A stretch of 64,000 nucleotides of DNA from Candidatus Yanofskybacteria bacterium (GCA_903897805.1 CAIUCV010000017.1:5725-69724), one strand, 5' to 3'; counted from the first letter of the stretch, positions 43,211 to 52,481 are shown. Numbers and translations: made by a program. Notes: generated from the sequence alone by a model not told the origin.

Positions 43211-44284
43211 TCAAGAAGTTGGATGCAAGAAATCGTCTGCCAGAATACTGTAGCAATGCGAGAGCTCGGAACAATAGTTTACGTAATCAAAGTAGTTGCT
43301 CTCCCAGTTGATAAACATATTATCCGTGGCTAAAAGAGCGTAATAAGCAGCATTCCTCGTATCGCTGGCCACGGTAATAAGATCGTCGGGCATCCCAGAA
43401 AGGCCAGCAATTAAAGTGTCGGCATCGCGGCATACCCTATCAAAGCTGGCTCTTGCCTGATAACGAAAAATCGTTTCGGCAGTAGACTTGTCTCCCTTGT
43501 TAAAGTAAGACATTGCGTTATTATAGCAATCCATGCCTTTGCTATAGAGTTGGTGTAGGTTCTCAACTTTAATCAACATATTAATCCCACGAGCTAGCTG
43601 ATTTGCCAGATTCTTTTCTTCGCCTGACAGCGGATAATAGGCAGAAATAACATTAAAATCCTCCAGTTCTAAAATCTTAACTAAAAAGACTGGGAGTTTT
43701 AGATACTCGGGTACTAAATACGTGAGGCAAATGCGAATACGACTTCGCCCATCGGGAGTTATCCCATCAAAACCTGAACTGGAATCGTGATCAAAATTTA
43801 CATAGGTTTGCCAGAGTAGATTCACACTTTCAGTCTTGGCTATGATCTTTTTAAGCTCGGCCATCCCGGATACGCGTCGAGTTTTTTCAGAATAGATAAG
43901 CGGCTCAACCGGTGGGCGGTCTTCTTCCTCATCTTCTTCCTCATAATCTTCTCCATCGTCGTGATCTTCAACAGCGTCCAGGAGTTCCCGGTGTCGGCGC
44001 TCTTCGTTTTCCTCGCGTTCTCTACTGCTTTCAACCTCAACAACTCTTTCTGTAACTCCTGCCGTGCTAGATCTTTCTTCTGTTTTTACTACCGATGCTT
44101 TTGCCCCCGCGGCGATTCTTTCGGCCAAATCCTTGTTTTTAAGATAGTCTGCATATCCCTGCCTTTGCCCTTCTACGTATGTCCCTTCGGCACATATTAA
44201 CGAAAGACCGTCAGGTCTTGATCCCGAAAAGCCGACTTCGTAGCCTGCTAAGCGGCTTCTTTCTTCACCTTTCTTGTCAGCCAT
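43211..44284 (-). CDS. Hypothetical protein with an acidic D/E-rich tract, encoded divergently inside the T4SS-like cluster
   Basis: ORF; low-complexity stretch DHDDGEDYEEEDEEED. Confidence 0.45.
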   Translation of the reverse strand: MADKKGEERSRLAGYEVGFSGSRPDGLSLICAEGTYVEGQRQGYADYLKNKDLAERIAAGAKASVVKTEERSSTAGVTERVVEVESSREREENEERRHRELLDAVEDHDDGEDYEEEDEEEDRPPVEPLIYSEKTRRVSGMAELKKIIAKTESVNLLWQTYVNFDHDSSSGFDGITPDGRSRIRICLTYLVPEYLKLPVFLVKILELEDFNVISAYYPLSGEEKNLANQLARGINMLIKVENLHQLYSKGMDCYNNAMSYFNKGDKSTAETIFRYQARASFDRVCRDADTLIAGLSGMPDDLITVASDTRNAAYYALLATDNMFINWESNYFDYVNYCSELSHCYSILADDFLHPTS

Positions 44285-44407
44285 ATATTCCTTCTGTTGT
44301 TAAATAGCTGAATATGCCTATATTATACGCACTCCTAGGGTTAGTGTCAAGGGGGTTGGGGTGGTGTGCGGAGTGTTGAGATTGTGTGTGCTATTTGGAT
44401 GTTGTTT

Positions 44408-44416
44408 TGGTATAAT
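44408..44416 (+). promoter_or_regulatory. Extended -10 element (TGgTATAAT) upstream of the VirB3/VirB4 genes
   Basis: Read directly; preceded by an unusual GT-rich tract (44340-44400). Confidence 0.4.
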
Positions 44417-44445
44417 TTGTATATAGTCAAGTTGCGAAGCAAGCT

Positions 44446-44778
44446 ATGCGTTTTCAAGTTCCACAATTTATTGAGACGGAGAGCAAAATCGTCGGGCCGT
44501 TTACGCTCAAACAGTTTTTGTATTTGGCCGCCGGGGCGGTAATAATTTTCATTCTGCAATATGTTCTTAGTTTCACATATTTAATAATCGTTGGTACGCC
44601 AATTGCCGCCCTTGCCGCCGCTTTAGCTTTTTATAAAGTTGACGGCGTCCCGTTCCCACAATACCTATTGATGGCCCTATCGTTTCTAACCGGAACAAAG
44701 AAGTATGTTTTCAGCAAAGACCAAGGACAACAATACTTGCCGGAAAATAAATCCCAAGCATCAAATTCTAAGCCTTAA
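44446..44778 (+). CDS. VirB3/PrgI-like small membrane protein
   Basis: 110 aa; I.GPFTLKQF followed by two TM segments, as in Gram-positive VirB3-like proteins; immediately precedes VirB4. Confidence 0.6.
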   Translation: MRFQVPQFIETESKIVGPFTLKQFLYLAAGAVIIFILQYVLSFTYLIIVGTPIAALAAALAFYKVDGVPFPQYLLMALSFLTGTKKYVFSKDQGQQYLPENKSQASNSKP

Positions 44779-44788
44779 ACAAATTTCA

Positions 44789-45436
44789 ATGGCCAAACTG
44801 ACAAGGGAGCAAAAAGCGGTAAAGACAACTAGGGATTTTGTCCAAATCGCTGAAATTCGCGATACCGTTTTGGCGTTAAAAGACGGCTCGTTGAGATCGG
44901 TTGTTGAAATAGGTTCAATAAATTTTGAGCTGAAATCGGCAGACGAACAGGTTGCAATAGTCCAAGGGTTTCAAAACTTCATTAACTCTCTCGATTTCCC
45001 GCTTCAGATAGTGGTAAACTCACGCAAGTTGGACATTGAACCTTATTTAAAATCCCTTGAGGGGCTGACCGAAAGTTTAAAAAACGAATTGCTGAAAATC
45101 CAAGCCGTTGAATATACCAGATTCATTAAGGGCCTAACTGAATTAACCAACATAATGGCCAAGAAATTTTTTATTGTGGTTCCTTTTTACGCGATAGAGG
45201 CGGTGTCTCCGACCAAAGCCGGCTTTTTTGGCGCGATAAAAAGCGCGGTTATTCCGTCCAAGTTCGTAAAAACACTAACCGAAGAACAATTGGGAAATTA
45301 CAAAGTGCAGATAGGCCAAAGGATAGGAGTGATTGCTGAAGGGCTTAGCGGGCTGGGGCTTCAAACAAAAACTCTGGCGGGAGACGAACTTATGAATTTG
45401 TTTTATTCCTATTATAATCCCGGGGAACACCTATAA
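44789..45436 (+). CDS. VirB4/TraE-family ATPase, N-terminal fragment (split gene)
   Basis: F.QIAEIRD..L.L.DGS...VEIGSINFELKS..EQ matches the N-terminal region of Gram-positive VirB4 homologues. Ends at TAA 45434-45436, 2 nt before the next ORF, which is in another frame. The tracked ORF starts at 44705. Confidence 0.6.
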   Translation: MAKLTREQKAVKTTRDFVQIAEIRDTVLALKDGSLRSVVEIGSINFELKSADEQVAIVQGFQNFINSLDFPLQIVVNSRKLDIEPYLKSLEGLTESLKNELLKIQAVEYTRFIKGLTELTNIMAKKFFIVVPFYAIEAVSPTKAGFFGAIKSAVIPSKFVKTLTEEQLGNYKVQIGQRIGVIAEGLSGLGLQTKTLAGDELMNLFYSYYNPGEHL

Positions 45437-45438
45437 AT

Positions 45439-47220
45439 ATGGCGCTATTCGGCAGAAAACAATCAATCATCCCGACGGATATCCAGCCTAAAACGCTTGA
45501 TGATTTGCTAGCACCTTCGGCAATCAGCATTTCGTCAAACTACCTCCAGATAGGCAGCCAGTTTGCCCGCACGCTTTTTGTCGTAACTTACCCGAGATAT
45601 TTGAACACCAATTGGTTTTCGCCGGTCATAAATATGGACAGACCGATAGACGTTTCCATCTTCGTCCATCCGCAAGATACCGGGAACATTCTAAAACAGC
45701 TGAGGGACCGCCTCGGCAGATTAGAAGCTCAAGCGATGGAAGAGCAGGCAGCAGGCAAGGTAAGAGATCCGATACTGGAAACGGCGATTAATGACATCGA
45801 AATGTTGCGCGACAAGCTTCAACAGGGGACGGACAGGTTTTTTGAGCTGGGATTGTATATAACGATTTACGGTGATTCCACAAAAGAACTTGACGAAACG
45901 GAAAACAAAATAAAAGCGATCCTTGATGCTCAGCTTATTTATTCCAAGCAGGCGACTTTCAGGATGAAAGAGGGATTTTTCTCAACGATGCCCCTGAACG
46001 ATGACCAGCTTGCCGTCCACACTTCTTTAAATACCGAGCCCATTTCCTCGCTCTTCCCGTTTGTTTCTTACGACCTTACGGCTGATAAAGGGATACTTTA
46101 CGGAATAAACACCCACAATAACTCTCTGGTTTTGTTTGACAGATTTGCTTTGGAGAACGGCAATATGGTTGTCTTCGGCAAGGCCGGCGGGGGAAAAAGT
46201 TACGCCGTAAAACTGGAAATTTTAAGAAGCTTGATGTTCAGCACTCAGGTTTTTGTCATTGACCCAGAAAATGAATACAAGTTCCTGTCGGATACCGTGG
46301 GCGGGATTTCAATCAAGATATCTATCGCTTCGGACCAGCATATTAATCCTTTTGACTTGCCTGCGCCTCTGCCCGATGAGAGTCCGGCAGACGTTCTGCG
46401 CTCTCATGTATTGAATTTGCTCGGCTTGTTCAAAATTATGCTTGGCGCTCTCACTCCCGAAGAAGAAGCGATTCTTGATGAAGCCGTAAACCAGACATAT
46501 GCCCTAAAAGACATAACCTCGGCCACAACCGACCTTAAAAGCGCTACGCCGCCCTTAATGAGCGATTTGCAAAGCGTCTTGGAAGGAATGACGGGGACAG
46601 AATCATTAGCCATCAGAATCAAAAAATATACCGAGGGAAGTTTTGCCGGTTTCCTAAACAACCCGACCAATGTTCAGCTGGATAATCAGCTTATAACATT
46701 CAGTATCCGCGATATGGAAGAGGAATTAAGACCGATAGCAATGTATCTGGTCTTGAATTTCATCTGGACCCAGGTTAGGACCGAGCTCAAGAAGCGCATA
46801 TTGGTGGTTGACGAGGCCTGGGTGTTGATGAAGTATGAAGCTGGTGCGGCGTTTTTGTTCAATATGGCCAAACGTTGCCGCAAATACTTCTTGGGTCTTA
46901 CCACGATTTCCCAAGACATTCCCGACTTTATGTCTTCGCCGTACGGAAAGCCGATCGTTACCAACTCGTCGCTGCAGTTGCTTTTAAAGCAATCCACGGC
47001 GTCAATTGAGCTGGTAAAAAGCACCTTTAATCTCACGGACGCTGAAAAGTTCTTCCTCATGGAATCGCGTGTCGGGCATGGTCTGTTCTTCGCTGGCGCT
47101 AATCACGTCGCATTACGGGTCGTTGCCTCTTACGCGGAAGACCAGATAATAACCTCCGACCCCAGACAGATACTTGAGATAGAACAGGCCAAAAAGGAAT
47201 TGGCTCAACAAGCAACTTAA
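45439..47220 (+). CDS. VirB4/TraE-family ATPase, central and C-terminal fragment
   Basis: Walker A GKAGGGKSY, Walker B ILVVDEAW, GLTTISQD motif. Confidence 0.8.
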   Translation: MALFGRKQSIIPTDIQPKTLDDLLAPSAISISSNYLQIGSQFARTLFVVTYPRYLNTNWFSPVINMDRPIDVSIFVHPQDTGNILKQLRDRLGRLEAQAMEEQAAGKVRDPILETAINDIEMLRDKLQQGTDRFFELGLYITIYGDSTKELDETENKIKAILDAQLIYSKQATFRMKEGFFSTMPLNDDQLAVHTSLNTEPISSLFPFVSYDLTADKGILYGINTHNNSLVLFDRFALENGNMVVFGKAGGGKSYAVKLEILRSLMFSTQVFVIDPENEYKFLSDTVGGISIKISIASDQHINPFDLPAPLPDESPADVLRSHVLNLLGLFKIMLGALTPEEEAILDEAVNQTYALKDITSATTDLKSATPPLMSDLQSVLEGMTGTESLAIRIKKYTEGSFAGFLNNPTNVQLDNQLITFSIRDMEEELRPIAMYLVLNFIWTQVRTELKKRILVVDEAWVLMKYEAGAAFLFNMAKRCRKYFLGLTTISQDIPDFMSSPYGKPIVTNSSLQLLLKQSTASIELVKSTFNLTDAEKFFLMESRVGHGLFFAGANHVALRVVASYAEDQIITSDPRQILEIEQAKKELAQQAT

Positions 47221-47223
47221 ACT

Positions 47224-47673
47224 TTGGTTTGGCAAGCAATGGAATCAACCTCTGAACAACAATACCAATACGCTCTTGAAGAAGATCGGGCGCGCCAGCG
47301 CCTAGAAGCGGAGAGCTTGGCACAACAGCAGGGGTCCTCGCAAGACAAAATGGGATGGGGGATTTTCATTGTTGCCCTCATTTTAAGTTTAATAGCCGAC
47401 GCGGTTGAACTTATCACCGCAGGAACTCTTGGTTGGTTTGTGGGCCTGTTTATTGATTTGATATTGCTCGTTATGCTAGGATTTTCCAAGGCGGGAAGAA
47501 AACAGTTTAAAAAATGGATATGGGGACCCTTGATAGAAACAGTGCCGATTCTCTCCGCGGTTCCTCTCTTCCGTGTCGCTTTTCTGATTTGGGCATTTGC
47601 CTCCTCCCGCAGTAAAACACTTCGGGCAGTTTCTAAGGTAGCATCGGCTGGTTTGTCTAAGAAAGCGGTTTGA
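47224..47673 (+). CDS. Small membrane protein (149 aa)
   Basis: Two to three predicted TM segments, directly after VirB4. Confidence 0.45.
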   Translation: MVWQAMESTSEQQYQYALEEDRARQRLEAESLAQQQGSSQDKMGWGIFIVALILSLIADAVELITAGTLGWFVGLFIDLILLVMLGFSKAGRKQFKKWIWGPLIETVPILSAVPLFRVAFLIWAFASSRSKTLRAVSKVASAGLSKKAV

Positions 47674-47686
47674 TTCTTCGGCTCGT

Positions 47687-48778
47687 ATGGCTAAAAAAAT
47701 CACAATCTTTTTCGTATTCATCCTCGCCGCCTTGGCTATGTTTTTAGCCGGTTATTTAATCAGCAAAAAGTCGCTGACCGGCGGGCAAAACCAGCAAGCG
47801 TTAATAAATAATTCGCTAGTGTCCCGTTTTGAAGAATCGCCAGAGAAGCATGTTTCGCCAATTGGACTTTTCGCCCTTTCGCAAGACCGTGCCACCTTCC
47901 CCACGCTTTCGGCAGACGGAAAGGAAATTTTCTATTATAATCCCGACAGCGGAGAGATAAGGTCAGTGTCAACCCAAAATATGGCCGGCGGCTCAACACT
48001 GGCGGCAAAAATCCAGCCAGGTGCTCGCCAAATAAGCTGGGCTTCAAATAAAACTTTGGTTGCCACTTACTCCAACAACAGTATTTTTTACGACCTTAAC
48101 TCCAACTCTTCCAAAAAACTGGATAGCAAAATAAAAAATCCCGTCCTTTCAAGGGCGGGTGATAAGCTTGCTTACAACTACTTTGATACGGAAACGGGGG
48201 AGGGTAGCATAAGCATTGCCGACCCCACGGCAGAAATTTTCAAAACTCTCCTGTCCACCAGATTTGAAAACTGGCAAATTAGTTGGCTAAACAGCGATGT
48301 CCTATTTCTTGTCACGCGCCCCGCTTTAGGGAACTCTGTGTTTTCTCTTTTTACTCTGGACACTACAACCAAGGCTCTGCACGGCGTTCTTGATTCGAAA
48401 AACAACCTTGAAGTCGTTTGGTCGCCCAGCGGTCAGAAAATAGTTTATTCATATAGCATCGGCCCGGCCCAAGAAAGCGGTCTTTACTTTATGGATTTAG
48501 CTAATCGGGAGGAAGTAGGGCTGAATGCTACCCTCAACGCTTCCAAATGCACATGGAGCATTGATGATAAGACGATTTACTGCGCAGGGAAGGATTCGTT
48601 TGTTGTTCTGGACACTTCTTTGGCTAGTCCAATCCCTGAAAACATCCCGAACGTTCCGAAAGAAAACCTGGACAGCTCCGCCACCGCCACCAATTTATTA
48701 CTGACGAGCGCGGAAGATTACCTTGTCTTCAGAAATTCACAAAACGGAAAACTGTACGGTTTAAACTTAAACCGATAA
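47687..48778 (+). CDS. Membrane-anchored TolB-like beta-propeller protein
   Basis: Signal anchor, then repeated DG..I.Y / SP.G.K..Y propeller-blade motifs. Confidence 0.55.
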   Translation: MAKKITIFFVFILAALAMFLAGYLISKKSLTGGQNQQALINNSLVSRFEESPEKHVSPIGLFALSQDRATFPTLSADGKEIFYYNPDSGEIRSVSTQNMAGGSTLAAKIQPGARQISWASNKTLVATYSNNSIFYDLNSNSSKKLDSKIKNPVLSRAGDKLAYNYFDTETGEGSISIADPTAEIFKTLLSTRFENWQISWLNSDVLFLVTRPALGNSVFSLFTLDTTTKALHGVLDSKNNLEVVWSPSGQKIVYSYSIGPAQESGLYFMDLANREEVGLNATLNASKCTWSIDDKTIYCAGKDSFVVLDTSLASPIPENIPNVPKENLDSSATATNLLLTSAEDYLVFRNSQNGKLYGLNLNR

Positions 48779-48807
48779 TCAACTCCGGTAATATTTGCAA
48801 AATAAAA

Positions 48808-48840
48808 AAAGCCGGCCTCGCGGCTGGCTCTCCATTTTGA
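48808..48840 (+). terminator. Putative terminator after the T4SS-like cluster
   Basis: A-run, gccggcctcgcggctggc hairpin, T-run. Confidence 0.4.
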
Positions 48841-48942
48841 TTTCAGCTCAAACGGAGACAAAAACTGCTTACCCGTACTTTTACGCCCAAGGATTTTGGG
48901 GCAACCTCCGTGAGGAGGCAGTGATGTGAGCTGACCCCACGG

Positions 48943-49341
48943 CTACTTTGCCAAAAAGATGGTGGCGGTGACCAAAAGGTACGCCATGCCGATTAGGGCG
49001 GGGCCCACAAGCCCGTGAGTCCCCAGCTTTATGCAGCGTTCGGGGGGATCCTCATCCCTTCCCAGAAACAGCACAAGCAGGGCCGCCACAGCCGCCGCCG
49101 GGAAATCCCAGACAGCGAAAGCGTGTTGGAAACGGAGGTAACTCTCCACCGACTGGTAAATCGGTGGCAGTACTGCAACCCCCGCTACAAAAACGCTGCC
49201 AAACAACACCCAAAGGCTGGTTCGTACCAGCCCCCGGCCACCCAGTGGCCCTTCCGCCACCACGGGCATGACGAAGGCCAACATCACGACAAAACCCACC
49301 AGCTCAAACAAAATCAAACCAATTACAGAGATAGCCGGCAT
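48943..49341 (-). CDS. Hypothetical membrane protein (132 aa)
   Basis: Four predicted TM segments. Confidence 0.45.
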   Translation of the reverse strand: MPAISVIGLILFELVGFVVMLAFVMPVVAEGPLGGRGLVRTSLWVLFGSVFVAGVAVLPPIYQSVESYLRFQHAFAVWDFPAAAVAALLVLFLGRDEDPPERCIKLGTHGLVGPALIGMAYLLVTATIFLAK

Positions 49342-49806
49342 GGCTAGCTCCTTTCTCCCGCAATTATGGCTTGCGAGTAGCCGATTTGATGTAAAAGTGC
49401 GTATTTACTGGCCTACTTCAGGTTTCTTAGTATACCTTAATTATAGCAAAATATGGCTCTCTTGTCAAGCCCAAAATGGGGTCGCTTTGAATATCGCAGA
49501 AAAACATAAGTTTTAAGCCCTATTCCGGCCCAAAAACGATATAAGCTCTCTGATTTTTGTTATCCAGATAGCATAGAAAGTAGGGCCTGAGCGAGTCCCT
49601 ATCTAAGAAATTATTGATGATGACTTTGGTAACAAATAAGCGAGCGAGTAGCGGGAAACCTGCTCCCGCAGACCCTTTAGCCCCGCCTTTGGCGGGGTCA
49701 GCTCCATCAGGAGCTGAGGTTGAGGGAAAGGCAGGAGGGTTCCTGCGTTACTAGCGACGCTATATTTGTCAAAGTCGGAATACTGATTTCGTGATAGGGG
49801 GTCGCG
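49342..49806. ncRNA. Unassigned ~460-nt non-coding region with tandem GC-rich hairpins; candidate structured RNA
   Basis: No ORF on either strand. Hairpins gcggga/tcccgc, ccccgcc/ggcgggg, tcagctc/gagctga and gcagga/tcctgc at 49650-49750. Confidence 0.3.
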
Positions 49807-51246
49807 CTAGCTTTCAACGCTCTCCGGCAAGGCCGGCTCTTTTTTTAGAGAAATAATCTCCCGCAGATCCTCTCTAGTAAAACCCCCTAACAGGAAAAGA
49901 ATTGGGAAATAAGAAACGGCGGCCATAGTAGCCCAAATAAAATTACCGAGAAACGGCCACATAATGACCAGCATAACAACTGTGGCAATGGCTGCTTTGA
50001 ATATTACGGTCTTGTCCGCCACGGTCCCCGCTTCTTTTTTTATCAGCCGGAACATCCACAATGTGATGAGAATCTCCGTTGCTACTGTAATCCAGGCGGC
50101 GGCGAAATATGAATAGCGGGGTATTAGGATCAGATTCGCCGCCACATTAAAAACTGCGCCTGCCAAATAAATCCACATGCCCTTTTTCTGAAGATTGAGG
50201 GCGACGATGGCGTTACCCCCCAGATTGCCAAAAAATATCATTAAAATCGCGACGCTCAATATTTTCAACACCGGACCGGATTGGACAAAGCCGCTGCCGC
50301 CGATAATCCTTATGATCTTGTCGGATAAAACAAAAATGTAGACCATGAGCGGCAAGGCAAATACCGATAATACATTGAAGGCCTTGCGGAAGGTTCTTAC
50401 AAATTCCGCCTGATTGCCAAACGCATACTTGGACAACAAGGGCATGACAAGACCGACATAAATTGCCGGGAGAAAAATGGCCGCCTCAAGAATTTTGTAA
50501 GCAACGGAGTAAATGCCTACGTCATAAGCCGGCTTCATTAAAGATAACAAAACCGTATCCAGTTTGAAATAAATCAAAACAAAAACAAGGGAAACCGCTA
50601 TAGGAAAGGCTGTTTTTAAAATCTGTTTCCAATAAACAAAGTCGGCGGAAAGTTTTATTTTTACCAATGAGCGGGAAAATGCGAGAGTCAAAAGAAAATG
50701 GATTGCTTCAGATAAGACGACTGCCCAGACAAAAGACAGTAAGCCTGCCTTGATATAAATCATAACCGCCAACAGTACGAGCTGGCACGCTCTGGCGATA
50801 ATATCGGCTACAGAGACAAGGTAAAGGCGCAGGTATTTCTGAAACACTCCCATTAAAACCTGCGTTAATGAAGAAAACACGGAAAAGAGGGAGGCGATAA
50901 CAACACCCCACCTTACCAGCGGCGGGTAGGGAAAAAATAAAACCAGAAAATCCGCCAGAACTAGAATTAAGACCACAAAAATCAGGCGGAGGGTAAAAAT
51001 TTTACTGGCAATCGGTTTCTCTTTATCAGTATCAACTTTAGAAACTTCCCTGACCAGAACCGTATAAAGGCCTAAGTCGGCAATAGAGGTAAAAATGTAA
51101 AGATAGGCAAAGATAAGATTGTAATATCCGTAGCCGGCCGGCCCCAGAGAGCGCGTCAAAAGACCGACTACAACAAGACTGATAGCCCCGATTACAAGGC
51201 GGGAGAGAGCGGCAATGCCCAGATTGTAGGAAATCTTTTGGAACAA
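49807..51246 (-). CDS. Polysaccharide/lipid-linked oligosaccharide flippase family protein (Wzx/MurJ-like)
   Basis: ~14 TM helices; N-terminal pattern typical of MOP-superfamily flippases. Confidence 0.6.
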   Translation of the reverse strand: MFQKISYNLGIAALSRLVIGAISLVVVGLLTRSLGPAGYGYYNLIFAYLYIFTSIADLGLYTVLVREVSKVDTDKEKPIASKIFTLRLIFVVLILVLADFLVLFFPYPPLVRWGVVIASLFSVFSSLTQVLMGVFQKYLRLYLVSVADIIARACQLVLLAVMIYIKAGLLSFVWAVVLSEAIHFLLTLAFSRSLVKIKLSADFVYWKQILKTAFPIAVSLVFVLIYFKLDTVLLSLMKPAYDVGIYSVAYKILEAAIFLPAIYVGLVMPLLSKYAFGNQAEFVRTFRKAFNVLSVFALPLMVYIFVLSDKIIRIIGGSGFVQSGPVLKILSVAILMIFFGNLGGNAIVALNLQKKGMWIYLAGAVFNVAANLILIPRYSYFAAAWITVATEILITLWMFRLIKKEAGTVADKTVIFKAAIATVVMLVIMWPFLGNFIWATMAAVSYFPILFLLGGFTREDLREIISLKKEPALPESVES

Positions 51247-51260
51247 AAGAGTTGCTGTTT

Positions 51261-51758
51261 TTACTTCAAGAACTGCTCCGGCTGCGGCTTTACGATTATT
51301 CTGCGTCTGGGTTCCTGCCCGACGCTCTCGGTTTGAATCTCTTTATAAGATGCGAGTTCCGTGTGCACTAATCTTCTTTCATAAGAGCTCATCGGCGAAA
51401 GGGCCTCGGCTCTTTGTGTCTGTATCACTCTCCGGGCCACATCTCTGGCAATGCCAATCAAGTAATTGGTTCTGGATTTGCGGTAATCATTCACGTCAAT
51501 GATAAAATGCAGTTCGTTCTCCGGATCAGCTAATTTGCGGCTTGCCAACAGTCGGACGAGGCGCTCAAAGGCCTCCAAATTTTGTCCGTTTTTCCCTATG
51601 AGCATGCTAAGGTCTTTGTCGGACTCAATGGAAATAGTGGAGAGCTTGCTCTCGCTCGGCCCGTTTTCTGCAAACTTTACTTCACCCTCAAAACCGACCC
51701 TTTGGAGCAGGTCTTTGGCAATTTCTACAATCTTGTTTTTTTTGTCATCGGTGTTCAT
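51261..51758 (-). CDS. jag: Jag/KhpB-like R3H-domain RNA-binding protein
   Basis: C-terminal R3H motif; position immediately downstream of yidC. Confidence 0.75.
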   Translation of the reverse strand: MNTDDKKNKIVEIAKDLLQRVGFEGEVKFAENGPSESKLSTISIESDKDLSMLIGKNGQNLEAFERLVRLLASRKLADPENELHFIIDVNDYRKSRTNYLIGIARDVARRVIQTQRAEALSPMSSYERRLVHTELASYKEIQTESVGQEPRRRIIVKPQPEQFLK

Positions 51759-52474
51759 GTTTCGGTTCGGGCTTTGTATTTTTTATTGATGTATAACTGC
51801 TCAAATATAGAAAACATAGTCGCCACAATCCAGTAAAGAACCAGCCCGGCGGGTAAATTCCAAGCAATGATTATAACCATAACCGGGAAGAAATACAACA
51901 TTTGGCGGCTTGCCTTTACAGCAGGAGGTTCGGGCTGACCTTTAACGGCTGATGCCTGAAATGACACTGCCTGCTTTGACTGCACCCACTGCAATACGGC
52001 GGCCATAACGGCCATTACGGGAGAGTTTTTGGCAAGATTAACTAGGCCAAAAGCCATTTCTTTTATGGCGCCGGGATTGTGGACAAAAGAATAAAGAAAT
52101 TGCAGGGTTTCCGGCTTAAACCCAGACCCCAGGGCTTTATAAAGCGCCAACAGTACCGGGAGCTGAATTAACAGGGGGAGACAGCCGCTGAAAGGATTAA
52201 CCTTGTGTTCTTTATATAAAGCCATCGTCGCTTGCCCCAGCGCCTGCTTGTCGTTCTTATATTTTTCCTGGAGTTCTCTTATTTTGGGCTGCAGTTGGTT
52301 CATCTCTTTCTGCGAGACCAGTGACTTGATCGACAGGGGAACGAAGGCGAACCTTATCAGCACGGTCAGTAATATGATGGCCAAGCCAAAATCCCCTCCG
52401 GGTATTATGTTGTAAATAAATACCAAGAAGTTGAACAGAGGACGAAAAAGGACTTGGTTATAAATTTCAACCAT
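51755..52474 (-). CDS. yidC: Membrane protein insertase YidC (short form)
   Basis: Conserved start FNFLVFIYN....GDFGLAIILLT..IR and 5-TM core. Confidence 0.9.
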   Translation of the reverse strand: MVEIYNQVLFRPLFNFLVFIYNIIPGGDFGLAIILLTVLIRFAFVPLSIKSLVSQKEMNQLQPKIRELQEKYKNDKQALGQATMALYKEHKVNPFSGCLPLLIQLPVLLALYKALGSGFKPETLQFLYSFVHNPGAIKEMAFGLVNLAKNSPVMAVMAAVLQWVQSKQAVSFQASAVKGQPEPPAVKASRQMLYFFPVMVIIIAWNLPAGLVLYWIVATMFSIFEQLYINKKYKARTET

Positions 52475-52481
52475 GTTATCT

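Noticed and set aside
44340-44400. G-quadruplex in the GT-rich tract
   Set aside because: Only two runs of three or more G (ggggg, gggg); the remaining G are doublets, so a canonical four-run G4 is not supported.
47224-47673. 149-aa membrane protein after VirB4 as a VirB2-like pilin
   Set aside because: No signal-peptide plus two-hydrophobic-helix pilin architecture is evident (long polar N-terminus, different topology). It is left as a hypothetical membrane protein.
49342-49806. Tried to assign the hairpin-rich intergenic region to tmRNA, RNase P RNA, SRP RNA or 6S RNA
   Set aside because: I could not find the tRNA-like T-arm or resume-codon/tag of tmRNA, the GGAAAGUCCGGGC / ACAGAAxCCGGCUUA cores of RNase P RNA, or the GGAAGCAGCC SRP motif on either strand. 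It is left as an unassigned candidate ncRNA rather than named.
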